From: Octopus bimaculoides
Taxonomy: Eukaryota
Reading direction: 5' to 3'
Length of the DNA: 37,919 bases
NCBI RefSeq assembly: GCF_001194135.2
Contig: NC_068986.1
Coordinates: forward strand, 9,065,363-9,103,281
Position 1 is the first letter of the stretch, and each line of letters opens with the position of its first letter. Shown in pieces: positions 22,355 to 34,480 of this stretch. The notes under the pieces were generated by a model, which saw nothing but the letters and a program-made list of their open reading frames with translations, ran no database searches and was not told where the DNA came from. Made by a program: the position numbers and the translations under genes.

Positions 22355-22812
22355 TTTGAATACAACCAGAATATAGTCAGCCTGAGACTACTCCTGGTTC
22401 TATGATACGACCTTCCGGTCTTAACAGGTAATCTAAATTAAAATCTTCCATCAAAATTTCAGGTTCCAGACACCACCTTAACCCTTTTGTTACCAACTTG
22501 GCTGAACCGGCTCTAGCTCTGAGTACAAATGTCTTGTTTTCATAAGTTTTGAATTAAAATCTTCCACCAAACCTTAGTCACAATTTATGCTCCCAACACC
22601 AGCTTAATGATAACCAAGTTATTTTACTAAATTCTTTGTTGTATATAAAGTAATTGAAAAAAACACAGAATATCTCAAAATAAATACAGTAACAAAAGTG
22701 TTAATAATAATAAAAATAATGTTATTTTACTTAATTCTTCGTTAATTTTCAAACTTAGATAAAACAAAGGCAGTGTATTTCAACAGGAAAATAGTAAGAA
22801 AAGAATTAAACA
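22355..22812 (+). mobile_element. TTAA MITE family B interrupted by a related MITE (inner element 22482-22700)
   Basis: Inner element is TTAA|CCCTTTTGTTAC...GTAACAAAAGTG|TTAA. Joining the flanks recreates the copy at 18522-18745. A partial reverse copy of the inner element lies at about 24711-24800. Confidence 0.85.
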
Positions 22813-23159
22813 TAATGCTGGCTTTTAGTCATCTAGAAATAATATGCAAGAAAAGTAATATCTTCAAAATGTTCCTTATGCTCATGAAAAGAAGAAAAAA
22901 AAACAAATATTAGAGTCGTAGACATTAAGGTGCTTTGCAAACAGAGTATACATTTGAAATAATAATAATAATAATACTAATAATGGTTTCAAATTTTGGC
23001 ACAAATTTCAGTGGAGAGTAAGCCAATTATATTGACGCCAGTGTTCTACTGGTCCTTATTTTATAGACCCCAGCAAGATTTGAACTCAGAATGAAAAAAC
23101 AAGCAAAATGTTACTGAGCACGTTACCTGGCATGCTAACAATCCTGCCAGCTTTCCACC

Positions 23160-23198
<39 letters not shown>

Positions 23199-25360
23199 TG
23201 GCCAATAAAATACGCCAATTAACTGTGCAGGTATACATGCGCCCAACCTTTGTCATCAGGTGTTAAAACTGTTATCGATGTATTCTGTAACTTATCTAAT
23301 ATATTAACTAATAGATGAGAGTGAAATGAAGTTTAGCCGCTTAGACGTCCACAAGCAGAGGGTAAATACGGTTGCCGATAAAGAGAACATTAAAGTACAA
23401 AAGACAAAGACAGCAACATAAAAAAGTCGTTCCAACAATGTTTTTAGATTTTATTCCCAACTGTCCAAATTATTAGAAACATCATATTGGTAGCAAATCA
23501 ATAAATACAACAAACAGATTGGTTGCAAAAAGGCAGCAACAGCCGCAGCTGCTCTAAATACCGACTCTCCACCACAAATCTACAGTCGGTGAAGAAATTC
23601 AGTTTTCTTAAAACATTTCTTACATAATCTATAAATAATTCTAAGAAGATTTCCTCCTCCTTCTCCCAACCCACCTCATATTTTACAATGTTTTTCTAAT
23701 TATAAAAGATACCTCCATAAATTCTGGTTCATGAATAAATTTGTAAGTAAATGTTTTTACAGCTGAATAGCCCTGCTTTGTGAGTGAAATAAGAACAATC
23801 GTATGGCATTTATGGAGTTTTATTCCATTCCTCAATCAATCACTCAATATTTAGCCGAGGGACGGGGAGAGGCAGAGGTTTATTACAATAAATATTTTCA
23901 GTTAAAGAGAGCAGAGTTGAAAGAGTGCTAGCCTAGTGACCAAAGAAATGACCAACAGTTTATACCCAATTAAATAATATCAATGATGACCACATTGCTT
24001 TTAAGCCACTATTGTAGCTTGTGGGTCATTGTAGGGTTGATGTGAAAGTGGAAGAAGGCCACAGGGAGGTAGTGTAGAAAGAATATTCCTGCCCTTTATC
24101 TCAAAAAGATAACCTACTGCATCCTTTTAGTTTAATTAAGCAATTATTTCCCATCTCTTGCTCAGTTTAATAAGTTCTTGTTTATTCTTTAAAGAAATAC
24201 ATGTACAAGTTGAATATTCCTAGTAATTGGCTGAACTAGTAATTCCATGACCAGGAACTCAAATCTCCTTATTCTAGACTCAGTGACACTCAACTGAGAC
24301 CCATAGAAGGTTTTAGTAAAACTTATCTGAAATAAATCAGTTATACTTCTACAATACACAAAATATTAATTTTTTTAATCCAATTCCCAATAATATTTAA
24401 TTAGTAAGATTTTTTTTTCTTTTATATATGGTGAATGGCTGTGGAGGTCCAGTCAAGTAAAACAGGAATCAAAGAGATCCATGAGCCAAAAATGTTTGAG
24501 AACGACTGTTCTAGAGAATTCTTGCTTCAGTCGAACAAAAGATTCCACCATTCTTGAATTGTTAGGATTCAGAAAGTGTATCCCAAGATGTAAAAGAAAC
24601 ATCTAGCATTGCATCATCTCAGCCTTTATTTAATGCTGCAGATGAAGAAATTACCAATTCCATTATGACGGCAAGTTGACTGAGAGATCTGAAGTTTTCA
24701 TCCATGTCCATTAACCCTTTCTTTACTGTATTTATTTTGAGAGGCTCTGTGTTTCTTTCAATTACTTTAAATATAACAAAGAATTTAGTGAAATAACTTA
24801 TTAATAGTTGCTCTGGCAGATATGTTAGATAAACCAGTTAATAAATGCTAACAAATGTTAACAGAGAGAATTGAAATATCATCCACAAAACTTTAAAAAG
24901 TTAGTTATATTTCAGGTCATCATGAACAAACAAATGAATGCTATGGAATTTGAAAACTTAACTTTTCAAAATATCAAGGTGACAATATGTATTTTGTTGT
25001 CTGGCCGTAGAGAAACACGCACACACTATGCTAATGTACAAAATATTTTGTACATCAACCTCAATTTAATTTACTGAACACCAGCCAAATGATATATCAA
25101 TACATTTGATACATAAGTAACTCAATATAATTGATTTCTTAATAAGCCCCATTAAAAGTTGAACTAATTAATCAACCAGGAGGATAAAAGTGAAAAATTG
25201 TTACTATTTACCAAGTTCAGGTTATAAACCACAGCATGAACCTTAGAGTTCCCTAAGAACCTACACCAATAATTTAAGAAGTTACGGGTGAAGATAGAAA
25301 TTGTTGTCATGGTTTGGTTTAAGGAGAGTATTCCTTTGAATTTATAAAAAACAATTTCAC

Positions 25361-25474
25361 TGTATTTTCATATAATTTTTGTTTTTAATCAAATCAAAAT
25401 AGCATTCTTTCCAAGATTGAAGATTCTTCAGTGATGTAAAGAAATCATTGATTAAACACTCGAAACAATGTAAT
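25361..25474 (-). CDS. Internal exon (LHCFECLINDFFTSLKNLQSWKECYFDLIKNKNYMKI)
   Basis: Acceptor ttttatttag| and donor CA|GTGAAA. 114 nt, open in one frame only, phase 2 to 2. Confidence 0.65.
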
Positions 25475-25679
25475 CTAAATAAAACCAATCTAAAAATCTA
25501 TGTTAAACTACAATAATATTGTAATAATCTGGAAAAGGGAAAACATTAAGTTGAAATGGTGCAAGGTTAGTTATTTGGAATCAAAATATATATTTCAAGA
25601 ATTTCTGTATAATACTCAATCCATATTAGTAAAGGAGATGCGAGTTGGTAGTGAATATTTAGTCTTGAATATCTAATAA

Positions 25680-25895
25680 GCAGCAAATTGGTAGAATTGT
25701 TAGCATGCCAGACAAAATGGTTAATGGCATTTTGTTTGTCTGTACGTCCCGAGTTCAAATTCCACCAAGATTGACTTTGCCTTTCATCCTTTCAAAGTTG
25801 ATAAAATAAGTACCAGTTGAAAACTAAGGTCAATGTAATCGACCTGGTCCCTTATCCTATAATCGCTGGCCTTGTGCCAAAATTTTAAGCCAATA
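25680..25895 (+). mobile_element. tRNA-derived SINE, family 3
   Basis: Core GAGTTCAAATTCC..CAAG.TTGACTTTGCCTTTCATCCTTTC. Other copies: 19040-19165(-), 22985-23160(-), 32480-32665(+), 33022-33240(+), 33270-33450(+), 34670-34870(+). Confidence 0.82.
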
Positions 25896-26897
25896 CTTAA
25901 TAAGCCTTTCATACATGACAAAGCAAATTTAAACTTCCGTTTTTAAACTGTAAAACTGAAATACAAATCATGTCTGACATGGTGAAAGCATAAAAACTAC
26001 ATAAATAACAAATGTTGCTGCATCAAAGATAAAATAGGGATATAAAACACCAAGTGGGGGCCCTTAGATTATGAAAGAGCGAAGTATAATTGATTTCATG
26101 GGTTAAAAAGCAGAGAATGAAAAGTGGAATATTATAAGAGCTCCAAGAAAAAATAATTCCACCAAACACTAGAAATACATTCCCACATGTACTAATACCC
26201 ATTTCTTTCAGCAGGGGTTTATATGCCCCCCCTCCCATATCAGATTATTTGGTCAATAGATATGGTGAAAACTTATATTTACAAAATTTTCACTTATTTC
26301 TTAACTTACACAGACTACACATGTTTAAACAGCACTATGAAATCATAGTTCTTAAATTTAAAGGAAAAAATAAATGGGTATATTAGTGTAATCAGTAAGC
26401 ACATTTATCATGAAAATAAGAGGTATGAGTTCAATTTCCATGCATGCGAATACCCACTTTTTTTTTTTTCCTCAGGAAAATATCAAACTATTTTCTATAA
26501 TCAATATATGGTGAAAACTTAAAATTATATAAATTATATTTATTAAATTTTCACTAGAAACGGAGTATTTAAAAAAAAAACATAGAAATTCATTAATAGA
26601 GGGAAAAGTCACATTTTTATTTGAAGGAGATGCTAACAAGAAATCAATTTTGATATAACTTATTGGAATTATTGATACATGTCAAAAAGTTGTTAGACTG
26701 AACTAAATATATTGATTTTTTATAACTAAGTACAAAACCAATTCCACAAAGTCAATTGAATCAATCCTCATTTATGGAGATGGAGAAAGTGACATGAAAA
26801 AAACCTCAAACTCAGAATAGTCAATCTAGTATGTTTTCTTTTTTTTTTACAGCACCAACACAATGGTTAAATACAGCAAGAAAACAATCCTGTACAT

Positions 26898-27059
26898 AGG
26901 TGCAGGTGTGGTTGTATGGTAAGAAGTTTGCTGTCCAATCACATGGTTCTAGGTTCCGTCCCATTGTGTGACACCTTGGGCAAGTGTCTTCTATTATAGC
27001 CTCAAGCTGATCAAAGCCTTGTAAGTGAATTTGATAGATAGAAACTAAAAGAAGCCCAT

Positions 27060-27100
<41 letters not shown>
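26898..27100 (+). mobile_element. Family-1 SINE 5' half
   Basis: Matches 30493-30690 and ends in a (TG)n tract. Confidence 0.88.
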
Positions 27101-27101
<1 letters not shown>

Positions 27102-27418
27102 ACTGTCATCTTGTCTTGACTTCATATGATGGTTGTAAACAAATGTTACCATCATACGAGATGCGTCCTTTGTTCCAATCATCCATGAAAATGTCTGGGG
27201 GATATTACCATGCTTGAAGTTGGCAAATGGGAGGGCATCTGGCAGTAGAAAATGTGCCATCAACAAAATCTGTTCAACCCATGCAAACATGGAAAAGTGG
27301 ATGTTAAAACAATGTTGAACATAAAAGCCATGCAACAATCAGAACTGAAGATTCACAAAGTCCAGATAGGAATGGTATCAGCATCTCAATGGAACCATTC
27401 TAAGTTTAGATTTCTAAC

Positions 27419-27474
27419 ATTGTTGCAGAGCTATGTTTTGGACAAGGAACTAAATCTTTCATCTCTCTCTCTCT
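27419..27474 (-). CDS. Internal exon (REREMKDLVPCPKHSSAT)
   Basis: Strong acceptor ttttattgcag| and donor AT|GTTAGA. 56 nt, phase 0 to 2, fitting both neighbours. Confidence 0.55.
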
Positions 27475-27835
27475 CTGCAATAAAAGCAAGTCAGAAAAAG
27501 AGAAACGTCACAGCATAATCTTGAATTTCCACTGTTAAGGAATTTCAAAACTTACAATATCAAGATTAAATCATCTCACATGATAAAAGAATTAATGGTC
27601 TGTGATTTAATAAAAATTCTTCTCTCAACCATTAATGTCGGAACAGCAGAGACAGTCTTGTTTAAAAACCACCTTATCTATTGATACACACCTTCAATAT
27701 GAAACTTTAATAATAATAATAATAATAACAATAATAATAAGACATATTAATCACAATAAATATAGAAAGAACTGCCTGACAGTGATAATGTCAAAAAGAA
27801 TTTTCTAGATCTGAGATAAAACCCACTAAACTCAC

Positions 27836-27891
27836 ATTATCAATTATAAGAATTGCTGCTAAATCTTTTCTATACAGCTGAAGCCAACTTC
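27836..27891 (-). CDS. Internal exon (SWLQLYRKDLAAILIIDN)
   Basis: Acceptor tttcttag| and donor AAT|GTGAGT. 56 nt, phase 1 to 0. Confidence 0.7.
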
Positions 27892-27904
27892 CTAAGAAAT
27901 TGTA

Positions 27905-28279
27905 TATCTTTCATGTGTTTCAGTCATTCGACTTCAGCCATGCTGAGGCACCACCTAAAAGAATTTTAGTCAAGCAAATCAACGCCATTACTTTTCTCTT
28001 AGTCAAGTACTTATTCTATCAATCTCTTTTGTTAAACCATTAAGTTACAGAGACATGAAGACACCAACACTGGTTGTCAAGTGGTTGTGGGGGAGAAACA
28101 CAAAGAGACACACATACGATGGGCTTCTTTCAGTTTCCATCTACCAAATCCACTTACAAGGTTTTGGCTGGCCTGAGGCTATAGTAGAAGACACCTACCC
28201 AAGGTGCCACAAGTAAGGTTGAACCCAGAACCATGTAGTTGGGAAGCAAGCTTCTTGCCACACAGCCACTCCTGCACCT
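27905..28279 (-). mobile_element. Family-1 SINE, near full length, reverse orientation
   Basis: Reverse complement matches 30493-30886. A reverse 3' half also lies at about 9920-10095. Confidence 0.88.
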
Positions 28280-28804
28280 TATTTTTATGTGGAGGAGAAG
28301 CAGGGTTATATTTTCCTCACGATATCTTTTAACTTATACAAATTGAGAGCTAACCACCAACACCAAAAATGCAAATAATAGAAACGATTTATTTGCTAAA
28401 TGATGGAGCTTCCATATATAAAACATGAATGGTCGACTTGTAGATTTCTCAGAAAGAAAACACATTTGTTCTGTTCAACATTTTCCATAAGCTTTCATTT
28501 CAAAAACCAGTTTTTTACGGTTTATACCACTTCCTGGCATAATTCATAATCCCTTTAGGAATAGACCTACTACAAACAGAAAACCCCCAAAATTAGCAAC
28601 AATTCTCACCAAGCTTTTCAGTCTTTCTCAATACCACACAAAGTTATGGTAAGAGGTTCCATTCCTTTTTCACTTTTCCAATTTCTCTGCTATTCACTAT
28701 TAAGATGAGGAAAGCAATAACTGACCAATTCCTAGAATTTCTCTTCCACTTTCTTTATGACAAACTGGTTTCTGCTTAAATGTTAAGAAACTAATGTAAC
28801 ATAC

Positions 28805-29175
28805 ATTAGTGTCGCATAACCAGCCCACTCAAAAGTACCTTGGATCATAGGGTGACAATGCCGTGCTTGAGGAGACCTATTGAGTCAAGTACATCAAAAT
28901 CAAATGGAAATTGTAGTTGTGATCCCTGTGCCAGTGGCACGTAACAAGCACCAACCAATCGTGGTCGTTGCCAGCCCCCTCTGGCCCCTGTGGCGGTGGC
29001 ACGTAAAAAGCACCCACTACACTCTTGGAATGATTGCTGTTAGGAAGGTCATCCAGCTATGGAAACACTGCCAGATCAGACTGGAGCCTGGTGCAGCCTC
29101 CTGGCTTCCCAGACCCCAGTCAAACCGTCCAACCCATGCCAACATGGAAAACAGCCGTTAAACGATGATGATGGT
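28805..29175 (+). mobile_element. Family-2 repeat with a (GAT)n tail
   Basis: Same core as the 7733 and 10468 copies, in the opposite orientation. Confidence 0.85.
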
Positions 29176-29319
29176 GTCATGCCTACCAAGTGACCTTTCT
29201 TTTCTTTCTTTTTATAGTAAAACAACAACAACAACAATATATCAACTTATGTACAGAGCATTTCGTTTCACAACTCAAACATCTGAACACAATCCGCTTT
29301 GTCATATGACCTCTGTAAT

Positions 29320-29690
29320 CGTGACACTGTGTCAGTTACGACGACAAGGGTTCCAGTTGAAATTAACATGCAAAGTGGCTGAACACTCCACAGACACATG
29401 TACCCTTAACATAGTTCTCAGGGAGATTCAGGGTGACACAGAGTGTGACCTGGCTGGCTCTTTGAAATACAGGTACAACAGAAACAGGAAGAAAGAGTGA
29501 GAGAAAGTTGTGGTGAGAGAGTACAGCAGGGTTTGCCACCACCACCACCACCCACCCCCCCTGCTGAAGCCTCGTGGTGCTTTAGGTATTTTTGTTCAAT
29601 AAACACTCACAGCGCCCAGTTTGGGAATTGAAACCATGATCCTACGACCGCGAGTCCGCTGCCCTAACCACTGGGCCATTGTGCTGCCAC
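29320..29690 (-). mobile_element. tRNA-headed SINE, family 4
   Basis: Minus-strand head GCACAATGGCCCAGTGGTTAGGGCAGCGG...GGTTTCAATTCC. Body shared with 4312-4500. Confidence 0.8.
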
Positions 29691-30114
29691 TACTTCAGTA
29701 ATACTTAACACTACAATCACAATACAAATATCAGGAACATATTCATTTGAACTACATTTTAGGGATTGCCAGGCAGATAATCCTGTGTATATCACTGGGC
29801 AACAATGATTGTCTTCTAAGTGTTTTAATAGTCAGTTCTAAGTGTGTTGTATGCTGAATCAAAATGTGGAATATATTTCCTATCAAGCTTATGGTTCTTA
29901 TGATACTATGTTCATTTATACCTCATTAAGCAGACTGGATTTATGTGTAACGCTAATTATGGCAATGAATTTCCAGAAAAATATTGCTTGTATAGGATAA
30001 ACATGGACTTTCCTCTAGTGTTACAATGTATAGAAAAAAAAAGAGCTTTCAGTGGATTAGGTTGATGGAATCTGAAAGAAGCCTGACATATGTATAAATA
30101 CACACACAATGTAG

Positions 30115-30886
30115 ATACATGTGGCAAGAAGTTTGCTTCCCAACCACGTGGTTTCCAGGTTCAGTCCCACTGCATGACACCTTGGGCAAGTGTCTTCTAC
30201 TATAGCCTCAGGCCAACCAAAGCCTTGTGATTGGATTTGGTAGACGGAAACTGAAAGAAGTCCATCTATATGTGTATGTGCGTGTGTCCACCATTGCTTG
30301 GCAACTGATGTCGATGTGTTTATGTCCCTGTAACTTAGTGGTTCAGCAAAAGGGATTGATAGAATAAGTACTAGGCTTACAAAGAATAACTCCTGGGGTC
30401 GATTTCTTTGACTAAAAAACCCTTTAAGGCAGTACTCCAGCATGGCCACAGTCAAATGACTGAAACAAGTAAAAAGAATATATATATATATAGGCGCAGG
30501 AGTGGCTGTGTGGTAAGTAGCTTGCTTACCAACCACATGGTTCCGGGTTCAGTCCCACTGCGTGGCACCTTGGGCAAGTGTCTACTACTATAGCCTCGGG
30601 CCGACCAAAGCCTTGTGAGTGGATTTGGTAGACGGAAACTGAAAGAAGCCCATCGTATATATGTATATATATATATGTGTGTGTGTGTGTTTGTGTTTGT
30701 CCTCCCACCAACGCTTGACAACTGATGGTGGTGTGTTTACGTCCCCGTAACTTAGCAGTTCGGCAAAAGAGACCGATAGAATAAGTACTAGGCTTCCAAA
30801 GAATAAGTCCTGGGGTCGATTTGCTCGACTAAAAGGCGGTGCTCCAGCATGGCCGCAGTCAAATGACAAACAAGTAAAAGAATAAA
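30115..30886 (+). mobile_element. Two head-to-tail family-1 SINEs (30115-30478 degenerate, 30493-30886 near intact)
   Basis: Direct repeats of the full element separated by (TA)n. Further copies at 11185-11372, 21045-21170, 31683-32005 and 34260-34415. Confidence 0.92.
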
Positions 30887-30890
30887 TGAG

Positions 30891-30922
<32 letters not shown>

Positions 30923-33900
30923 TACATACATATACATATATACGCACACAGTCTTGTATGTACAGGATTGTGCTTCCTTGTCTTGAGATTGCAGGATTCA
31001 TGTAATGAATGTCATCCGTTTCCAATTTTCTAGAAAACCACATCTGGCCATGGAAAAAAACTGCCTCACTAACCCCCATGAAACCCAAACAGAAATGGAA
31101 AAAAATGAGGACGGTTTCTGCTGCCGAATTATATTATTATATTCCTAAAATAAGAAACAAACTTGATGGAAACAATCCCTGACATAGGCAGACATATAAA
31201 ATATAATTGATGTCTCATATAAGAGCTGTATTGTTATTACAGTAATTTAAATAGTTTGTTACACAACACTTAACTTGGAAAGTAGATTTCCGGTCACATT
31301 GTCCCAAATATACAATATTGTGGACGGAGGAAAATAGATATTTACTTTGTTGAGTATATGGTGCACTACATTCTAAATTTATGTGTATTATAAAAAAAAA
31401 AATTATATATTAATCTAAGTATGTTAACTTATATTTTAATAAAACTCAAAGAAAGTAACTTAACCCTCTCAACCTGCACCAACACCAATGTGTTTTTTTT
31501 TTGGGGGGGGGGTATGGTTTATCATATCAAATGAGCTGAAATAACCTCTTCAATTTAAATGAGAGCATTAATGAAAATCTCGTTACTCTGTTCATGAAAA
31601 CATGGCTTCACTGTTGCCTTATATTGCACCACACCTTTTAATATGAGACTTATGTCCTACAACTTCCACCCCACCCCCCCATAGGTGCAGGAGTGGCTGT
31701 GTGGTAAGTACCTTGTTTACCAATCACATGATTTCAGGTTCAGTCCCACTGCGTGGCACCTTGGGCAATCGTCTTTGGGCAAGCGTCTTCGGGCCAGCCA
31801 AAGCCTTGTGAGTGGATTTGGTAGACGGAAACTGAAAGAAGCCCATCATAATATGTGTGTGTGTGTGTGTGTGTGCTACTGTGTTTATCCCCACCACCAC
31901 CACCACCATCACTTGACAACCAATGTTAATGTTTACGTCCCCATAACTTAGTGTTTCAGCAAGAGACAGAATAAGTACTAGGCTTACAAATGACTGAAAC
32001 AAAAGAATATTGCTATTGTAACTATTAAACTTTGTGGATTTTTATGACAGAAAACATGGATACCAGCTTCACATTCACAAACAGTGATTCTGACTGGTGT
32101 TTTCCTTTAAAATAAACCAAATATTTTAAGTTTCAACAGTGAAAGCAACAACTCACTGGTGCCATTAGAAAAAGCACTCAATACACACAGGAAAGCAATA
32201 AGAAGGGCATCCAGCAGTAGAAACGATGCTGATGCTGTCAACAGACCCATCAGATCCTGTCAAACTGTCCAATCCCTACCAGCATGGAACATGGACATTA
32301 AATGATAATGGTGATGACATAAGCATCTGAATGGAGTGGGGGGGCTGCAGATTGTCCTTGCCCCCTCCCCTCACTTTTCAACACCTGTACCTGCACATGC
32401 TTTCATACCTTTGTACAAAAGGGCCATGGTGGCACTAATAAAGAAATTATTATTATTATTGGTAAAAGCAAGAGAGGGTGGATTGGTAGAATTGTTAAAG
32501 CACAAAATGAAATGACTTGAAGTATTTAGTTCTGGTTCTTGAGATTCTAAGTTCAAACCATGCCAGGATCAACTTTGCCTTCCATGGTCAATGAAACAAA
32601 GTACTGAGGCCAATAAAGTCAACTCAATCCTTCTCATTAAGATTGCTGCCCTTGCACCTAAATAAGGAACATAATAGTGCCACGTGGTCAATGCTAGCGC
32701 CCCCTGGCTGGCTGCTGTGCTGGTGGCACATAAAAAGCACCATCCAAATGTGATCGATGCCAGGCCCGCCTGACTGGTCCCTGTACCGGTGGCACATAAA
32801 AAGCACTCACTACTCTCGGAGAGGTTGGCATTAAGAAGGGCATCCAGCTGTAGAAACATTGCTAGATCAGATTGGAGCCTGGTGCAGCCACTGGCTTCCC
32901 AGACCTCAGTCAAACTGTCCAACCCTTGCCAGCATGGAAAACGGACGTTAAACAATGATGATGATGATATCCATCTATTTAAGGCCTTGTGCCTTAAATA
33001 GAGGGGATTATTATTCTTATAAAGGCAGCAAACTGGCAGGATTGTTAGCATGCTGGGCAAATGCTCAACAGCATTTCATCCGTCTTCATGTTCTGAGTTC
33101 AAATTCAGCCAAGGTTGACTTTGCCTTTCATCCTTTCAGCATCAATAAAATAAGTACCAGTCAAACACTGGGGATCGATGTAATCAACTAGCCCCTAACT
33201 TCTGAAATTGCTGGCCTTGTGCCAGAATTTTAAGACATTATTATTATTATTAAAAGGTGTTAAGCCATTAGAGTTGATAAAGCATTGGAAAAAATTCCTT
33301 GCAACATTTGTTCAAATCCTCCACGGGGTCAACTCTGGCTTTCATCCCTTCAGAGGTGATACAAAGAAGTACCCAGCAAGCACTGGACTCAATAGAATCT
33401 ACTAAACCCCTACCCTCGAAATTGTTGGTCAGGTACCACCTAAATTAGAGACCATTATGTAGTTTGCTGTGTGGAGACTGGCATGAGAAAGAACAGATCC
33501 AACGTCTCCTCTCTATATTGTAAAAGTCAACTAAAGAAGGTTGAATTAGGGCCCGCACACCAACCTCATAAAAATCCTCACCAGCAACGACTAGCCAAAA
33601 AACAGACCCATGGGCTGGAGGTTTGTTGTCTGAATGGCACAAAAGTGTGACCTACCAGGTGTAGTAGGGAATCCACAATAAATTGGTAACTGAGTAATGA
33701 TACACTGTTACAACACAAAACCCCATACCACTACAACTACTCCTAGTATGTAGTAATTACAACTTCCAAATAAATTAAGTTTTTAATAAAATTTTAACTA
33801 TGTATCAAATTCAATTTAATTAAAGCATAAATTGACACCTTTTTATTTTTTATAAAAACAGAAACATTAAATAAAAAAGGGATACCACATTTCATATTGA

Positions 33901-34437
33901 TATTCCAGATTATACTCAATAATCTAGATTTTAAAGGACTACAATCGTGGAAGAATTAAAATTAAATCTCATAAATGAATGTTTATTTTTTTTTAATGGC
34001 TGACAGGATTAAATTCTGTTTTGTTTTTGAATCAATATTCAATTTCTAAATAGAATCACTGGTATTCTTAGAGTTAATACTATGTTACTGAAATTACTAG
34101 AACAAAAAGAATTTCACAGACAGATGACTGAAATACAAAATTTTTTTTAAAAGCTGCAGATACTTAACAGATGAATGATAATGAGTTTCCAATCAATTAA
34201 TAATTTAATCATTTTTATCAAAAACAGAGAATTATTAATGTTTTTGTTTTTAATTATTTGCAGGCATGGCTGTATGGTAAGGAGCTTACCTCCCAACCAC
34301 ATGGTTATACGTTCTGTCCCACTGCGCAGCACCTTGGGCAAGTGTCTAGTTCTATAGCCTCGGGCTGACCAAAGCCTTGTGAGTGAATTTGAAAGACAGA
34401 AACTGAAAGGAACACATACACATACATACATACATAC

Positions 34438-34480
<43 letters not shown>

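Noticed and set aside
30057-31088. ORFs with the recurring peptide CPRCHAVGLNPEPCGW (also near 3946 and 34147)
   Set aside because: Antisense translations of family-1 SINE copies, not genes.
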